NCBI GenBank assembly: GCA_002794465.1
Contig: MTSL01000119.1
Location: forward strand, 7,912-15,760
Source: Paramicrosporidium saccamoebae KSL3
Taxonomy: Eukaryota > Fungi > Cryptomycota
Length of the DNA: 7,849 nucleotides
Direction: 5' to 3'
Position numbers and translations under genes: made by a program. The notes below the pieces were generated by a model. That model was not told the DNA's origin. It made no database searches and saw only the letters and a list, made by a program, of their open reading frames with translations. Shown here one piece after another: positions 5,173 to 7,849 of this stretch (position 1 is its first letter; every line of letters starts with the position of its first letter).

Positions 5173-6827
5173 TAATCGTCCAAGACAAAGTCTTCAACAA
5201 TATCCTCTTCAGGGCCCACATTCTTTGCAGCGCGTTTATTTCCACTGGGCTTTTCTGTGCTTTCAGTCTTTCTTCGTTTCTTAGAAGCTGGCAATTCCTG
5301 TTTTGGTTTTTTGACTTTGTCCACTGATTTTTTGTCAACCGCGGCGTTTTTGGAAGAGACTTTTTTGGTAGAAGCTTTGTTAGTAGAAACTTGATCGTCC
5401 TCTTCTTCTTCTTCTTCCTTGTCCGCAAGCAGTTTTCGTTTAATATTTCTAACCTTTTCCAAATTGGCAACATAGGCGATCAGAGGTTGTTTCATGTTGT
5501 CGATCTGGAGGGTCGATTTTTTGTCGAATACAGCAGTAGGTGTCAGCGCCTCTCCAATACGCAACGTCTCAATCTCCTTCTTTTGCTGAGTAATCTTTGT
5601 CATGTGGCCTTCGATCTGCTTTTTCAAGTTGCGATCGAGTTTTGGGAAATTCTTGATTACATTCTTCAGTGATGACAAGACTGCGTTAGCCTGCTCCGGA
5701 AAGGTGACGGTAGATATTTGCTGGGTAAGGAGTTTCAGGATGTAGAAAAGCGCCTCATCTGCGACACACTCCAGGTATCCCTTGGTGGTGGTCTCTGACT
5801 TTGGGACCTTGTAAAGGGCAACCAGATCGTATGCAGCCTTCTTTACTTCAAGCTTGTACAATGGCTGCTTGGCTACATAGCCCACAATCTTTAAGAGGCA
5901 CGAAGTTACTGGAATATGGCATCCAGTCCTCTCAATCATTTCTAGGGCCGACGCAACCATGTGGAAGTGGAATCCAAAGAAGCGCGGAGATGACTGGAAC
6001 GACAAGACACAGGTGAGCAAGTTGCACACGGGAAATAGAAGCGCTTTAAAGGCACTCTCCGTCCCCATAGTAGCAAGCAAATGGGCCCAGAATCGAACTA
6101 GTGCAATAAACTGCCAACAGAGCACCTTTTTCACATTCGTCTTGTCTGACTTTTTCATCGCCTGTTGTACTAGCGACGCCATCTGCCGCAGACATCGTGT
6201 TCCAAATGCAACAGCCTTTTCCGGATACAGTGCAAATATCTCCACCAGTCCGTTGAGCATCAACGTGGCTTGGCCCAAGTTGTGCATAGAAAGGGAGCGA
6301 CATGACCGTCCGTATTGTTGATACATTTCCTTGAGACACGACTCGAAGACTTTGGAGTACCGACTGCAGAGATGATGGAGGGTCAGAAGGGCGACGACAC
6401 GAACCGAGTCTGATGGCCAACTTGACCAGACACTGACAACGTTCTTTGCGAGCTGCTTTCGAAGCACCGGATATTCCCTCAGCAACGCCGAACTGGTGCC
6501 AAGCACTCGGAGCAAAGATACAAGAATGTCCTCTGGGACGCTACTCGGGTCCGCTAGGATCTGTGCAGTCTTTTCACAGAACAGCTTGACGACGCGTTGG
6601 ATGCGCTTAGTCTTTTCAACGTCCTTTGTAGAAAGTTCAAGGGCCCTCAATAGTGAAACAGGGATGGGGCCAACGAGGGCAGTAAGACTGGTAATAGGAG
6701 AACCGCCAGCGTCAAGGTCGATTTGTTCTAATGCAGATTTGCAAGCATCCAGACCCAATACGGTAGGTTCATCTGCGGTCATTCCAGATTCTCGAATCCC
6801 CGGTCCATCGAGGATATTGTGATCCAT
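5172..6827 (-). CDS. NOC2: Nucleolar complex protein 2 (Noc2/NOC2L family, 60S biogenesis), 551 aa from the first ATG
   Basis: Noc2-family motifs: KNVVSVWS, YGRSCR, CLRQMA, VLCWQFIALVRFWAHLL (cf. VYNWQF..SL.FW..VL), LLFPV, PRFFGFHF, HIPV, TFPE, PLIAYV. An acidic/Lys-rich tail ends EDIVEDFVLDD. The track start at 6893 is TTG; the first ATG is at 6827. Confidence 0.88.
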   Translation of the reverse strand: MDHNILDGPGIRESGMTADEPTVLGLDACKSALEQIDLDAGGSPITSLTALVGPIPVSLLRALELSTKDVEKTKRIQRVVKLFCEKTAQILADPSSVPEDILVSLLRVLGTSSALLREYPVLRKQLAKNVVSVWSSWPSDSVRVVALLTLHHLCSRYSKVFESCLKEMYQQYGRSCRSLSMHNLGQATLMLNGLVEIFALYPEKAVAFGTRCLRQMASLVQQAMKKSDKTNVKKVLCWQFIALVRFWAHLLATMGTESAFKALLFPVCNLLTCVLSFQSSPRFFGFHFHMVASALEMIERTGCHIPVTSCLLKIVGYVAKQPLYKLEVKKAAYDLVALYKVPKSETTTKGYLECVADEALFYILKLLTQQISTVTFPEQANAVLSSLKNVIKNFPKLDRNLKKQIEGHMTKITQQKKEIETLRIGEALTPTAVFDKKSTLQIDNMKQPLIAYVANLEKVRNIKRKLLADKEEEEEEDDQVSTNKASTKKVSSKNAAVDKKSVDKVKKPKQELPASKKRRKTESTEKPSGNKRAAKNVGPEEDIVEDFVLDD

Positions 6828-6925
6828 CCCAGTGTTAACTAGCGGGTATGAGACCAAGTACTTTGTCAGGCAGAAAGAGATGGGGATAAACAAAAGGAAA
6901 CTTGTGCACTGTCAATCCAATAGCA

Positions 6926-6999
6926 TATTTATAATCTCACAAATGGCGTGCTAATAGCCCTAGAACAGTAAGAAGGCAGATCTCACTGTCTCCCATTGG
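6926..6999 (-). promoter_or_regulatory. Putative NOC2 core promoter: TATAAATA (6926-6933) with an upstream CCAAT (6995-6999)
   Basis: TATAWAWR match 99 nt upstream of ATG 6827, with a CCAAT about 60 nt further upstream on the same strand. Confidence 0.4.
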
Positions 7000-7202
7000 C
7001 CACTCCAAATAGAACGTCTCCAAACTAGGAAATCATCGTCAAATGGCCAACTAATCAATTCACTAAATGGCACCAGGATAACCTAGCAGTGATCCGGCGA
7101 TAAATTAATGGTAGAGAAGTGGCATTGCGAGTAACAATAAATCTAAAATTACATACACAAACAGTAAAGTATGACAATTCATGATCGTCGAATGTATTAG
7201 TA

Positions 7203-7676
7203 TCAAGGCCTACCACGCCCGAACCGTGTCCTCTTTGCCACAAATGTAGTCAGCGCAACTGTCAGGAACAGTCTCACCGGCATGAAAATCTTGTGAATTG
7301 CATAGGCCACCGCTACTGTGCCGGCATTGTCCCAGAGTCCCGAGTCGGGTAGTCCGATTTTGCGTATCAGCGCTTTGACGTCCACGCCCGTTCGCAGAGC
7401 CAGATATATGGATGAGAAGGAGACGAGTGACATGCCCAGATAAATTCCAATGCCCAGTTTGCCGTATTGTCGAAAAAAGGTGCGCAAACGTTCTCTAAGG
7501 GTCGGCGGCGCATTGTTAGTTGGGAGGGTCGAGTAGCCAGAACGGAACAAAGCCTGCATAGCTGGGGGTGCAAGGACGTGGCGAGGACTCTGACTAAGGC
7601 TAATGGGACGGCAAGCGCGGAACGCCAGCGGTAGTCTGCTTAATTGGGATGTTAGTACAATTGTCCGACCAATCAT
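7203..7676 (-). CDS. FAM210B: FAM210B-like / DUF1279 mitochondrial membrane protein, 157 aa
   Basis: DUF1279 motifs LRTFFRQYG..G...Y, GVDV and AVAYAIHKIFMPVRLFLT (cf. FAM210B VAYAIHKLFAPVR). From ATG 7676 the first ~60 residues are Arg/Ser/Thr-rich with no acidic residues, like a mitochondrial presequence. The track start at 7847 is TTG. Confidence 0.87.
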   Translation of the reverse strand: MIGRTIVLTSQLSRLPLAFRACRPISLSQSPRHVLAPPAMQALFRSGYSTLPTNNAPPTLRERLRTFFRQYGKLGIGIYLGMSLVSFSSIYLALRTGVDVKALIRKIGLPDSGLWDNAGTVAVAYAIHKIFMPVRLFLTVALTTFVAKRTRFGRGRP

Positions 7677-7849
7677 AACACTCGCATGACCTGGGTGCAG
7701 CAAATTTGTAGTGTGCAGTAAATCATTTAATCCGCGCTCTGAAGTGGGGGGAGGTGAGATGAGAAGAAAGAGATGAAATGAAATGAAGCTGAAAAAGGAT
7801 TCAAGCGGGTGCAAAGAGTTTACCGTCCGACTTTGAGTTATTAACAATG

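Noticed and set aside
5398-5418. (TCT)n trinucleotide run
   Set aside because: It simply encodes the poly-Glu patch of NOC2.
5168-5473. Lys-rich 101-aa overlapping ORF in an alternative frame at the NOC2 3' end
   Set aside because: It is a shadow of the low-complexity A-rich NOC2 tail. The NOC2 frame carries the family-like acidic C-terminus.
228-6822. Numerous antisense or alternative-frame ORFs in the track (e.g. 530..796, 1280..1609, 3858..4106, 5959..6321, 6496..6822)
   Set aside because: All overlap well-supported genes, show no recognisable motifs, and many rely on non-ATG starts.
6860-7100. U3- or U5-like fragments on the minus strand (GGATCA, CGATGAT, CAGTGAGA, CCTGAC; TGCCTTCTTAC)
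   Set aside because: Box A' is missing, the box spacing and pairing are unconvincing, and the U5-like loop is inexact with no closing stem.
6836-7182. A possible multi-exon minus-strand micro-gene using three GTGA...AG intron-like segments
   Set aside because: No recognisable protein results and no well-placed ATG exists. The donors are GTG rather than the GTA seen in all four real introns, and the branch spacing misses position 23-24.
4968-7847. N-terminal extensions from track starts at 5018 (GTG), 6893 (TTG) and 7847 (TTG)
   Set aside because: These are non-ATG starts in a eukaryote. The downstream ATGs give a proper signal peptide (4967), a start near the Noc2 core (6827) and a presequence (7676).

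Overview
This is eukaryotic nuclear DNA from a very compact, fungus-related genome. I see no prokaryotic features, mobile elements, CRISPR arrays or recognisable RNA genes. Six conserved housekeeping genes occupy about 6,609 of 7,849 nt (about 84%): XPF/RAD1/ERCC4 endonuclease (+, 3 exons), Sec61-gamma/SSS1 (-, 3 exons, absent from the ORF track), an RNPS1-like RRM/RS protein (+), a Pep4/cathepsin-D-type aspartic protease (-), NOC2 (-) and a FAM210B/DUF1279 mitochondrial membrane protein (-). Four GTA...TAG spliceosomal introns of 30-34 nt were resolved by restoring protein homology. The branch-point A sits at intron position 23, 23, 23 or 24, and every intron gives an in-frame stop if retained. 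Intergenic gaps are 15-375 nt. They include a 15-nt spacer between divergent start codons and two degenerate 7-bp-period arrays flanking the protease gene; the upstream array carries CCAAT boxes and a perfect AP-1/Gcn4 site. The architecture suggests a Rozellomycota/early-microsporidian-type parasite (e.g. Paramicrosporidium-like), but that is an inference; no search was run.
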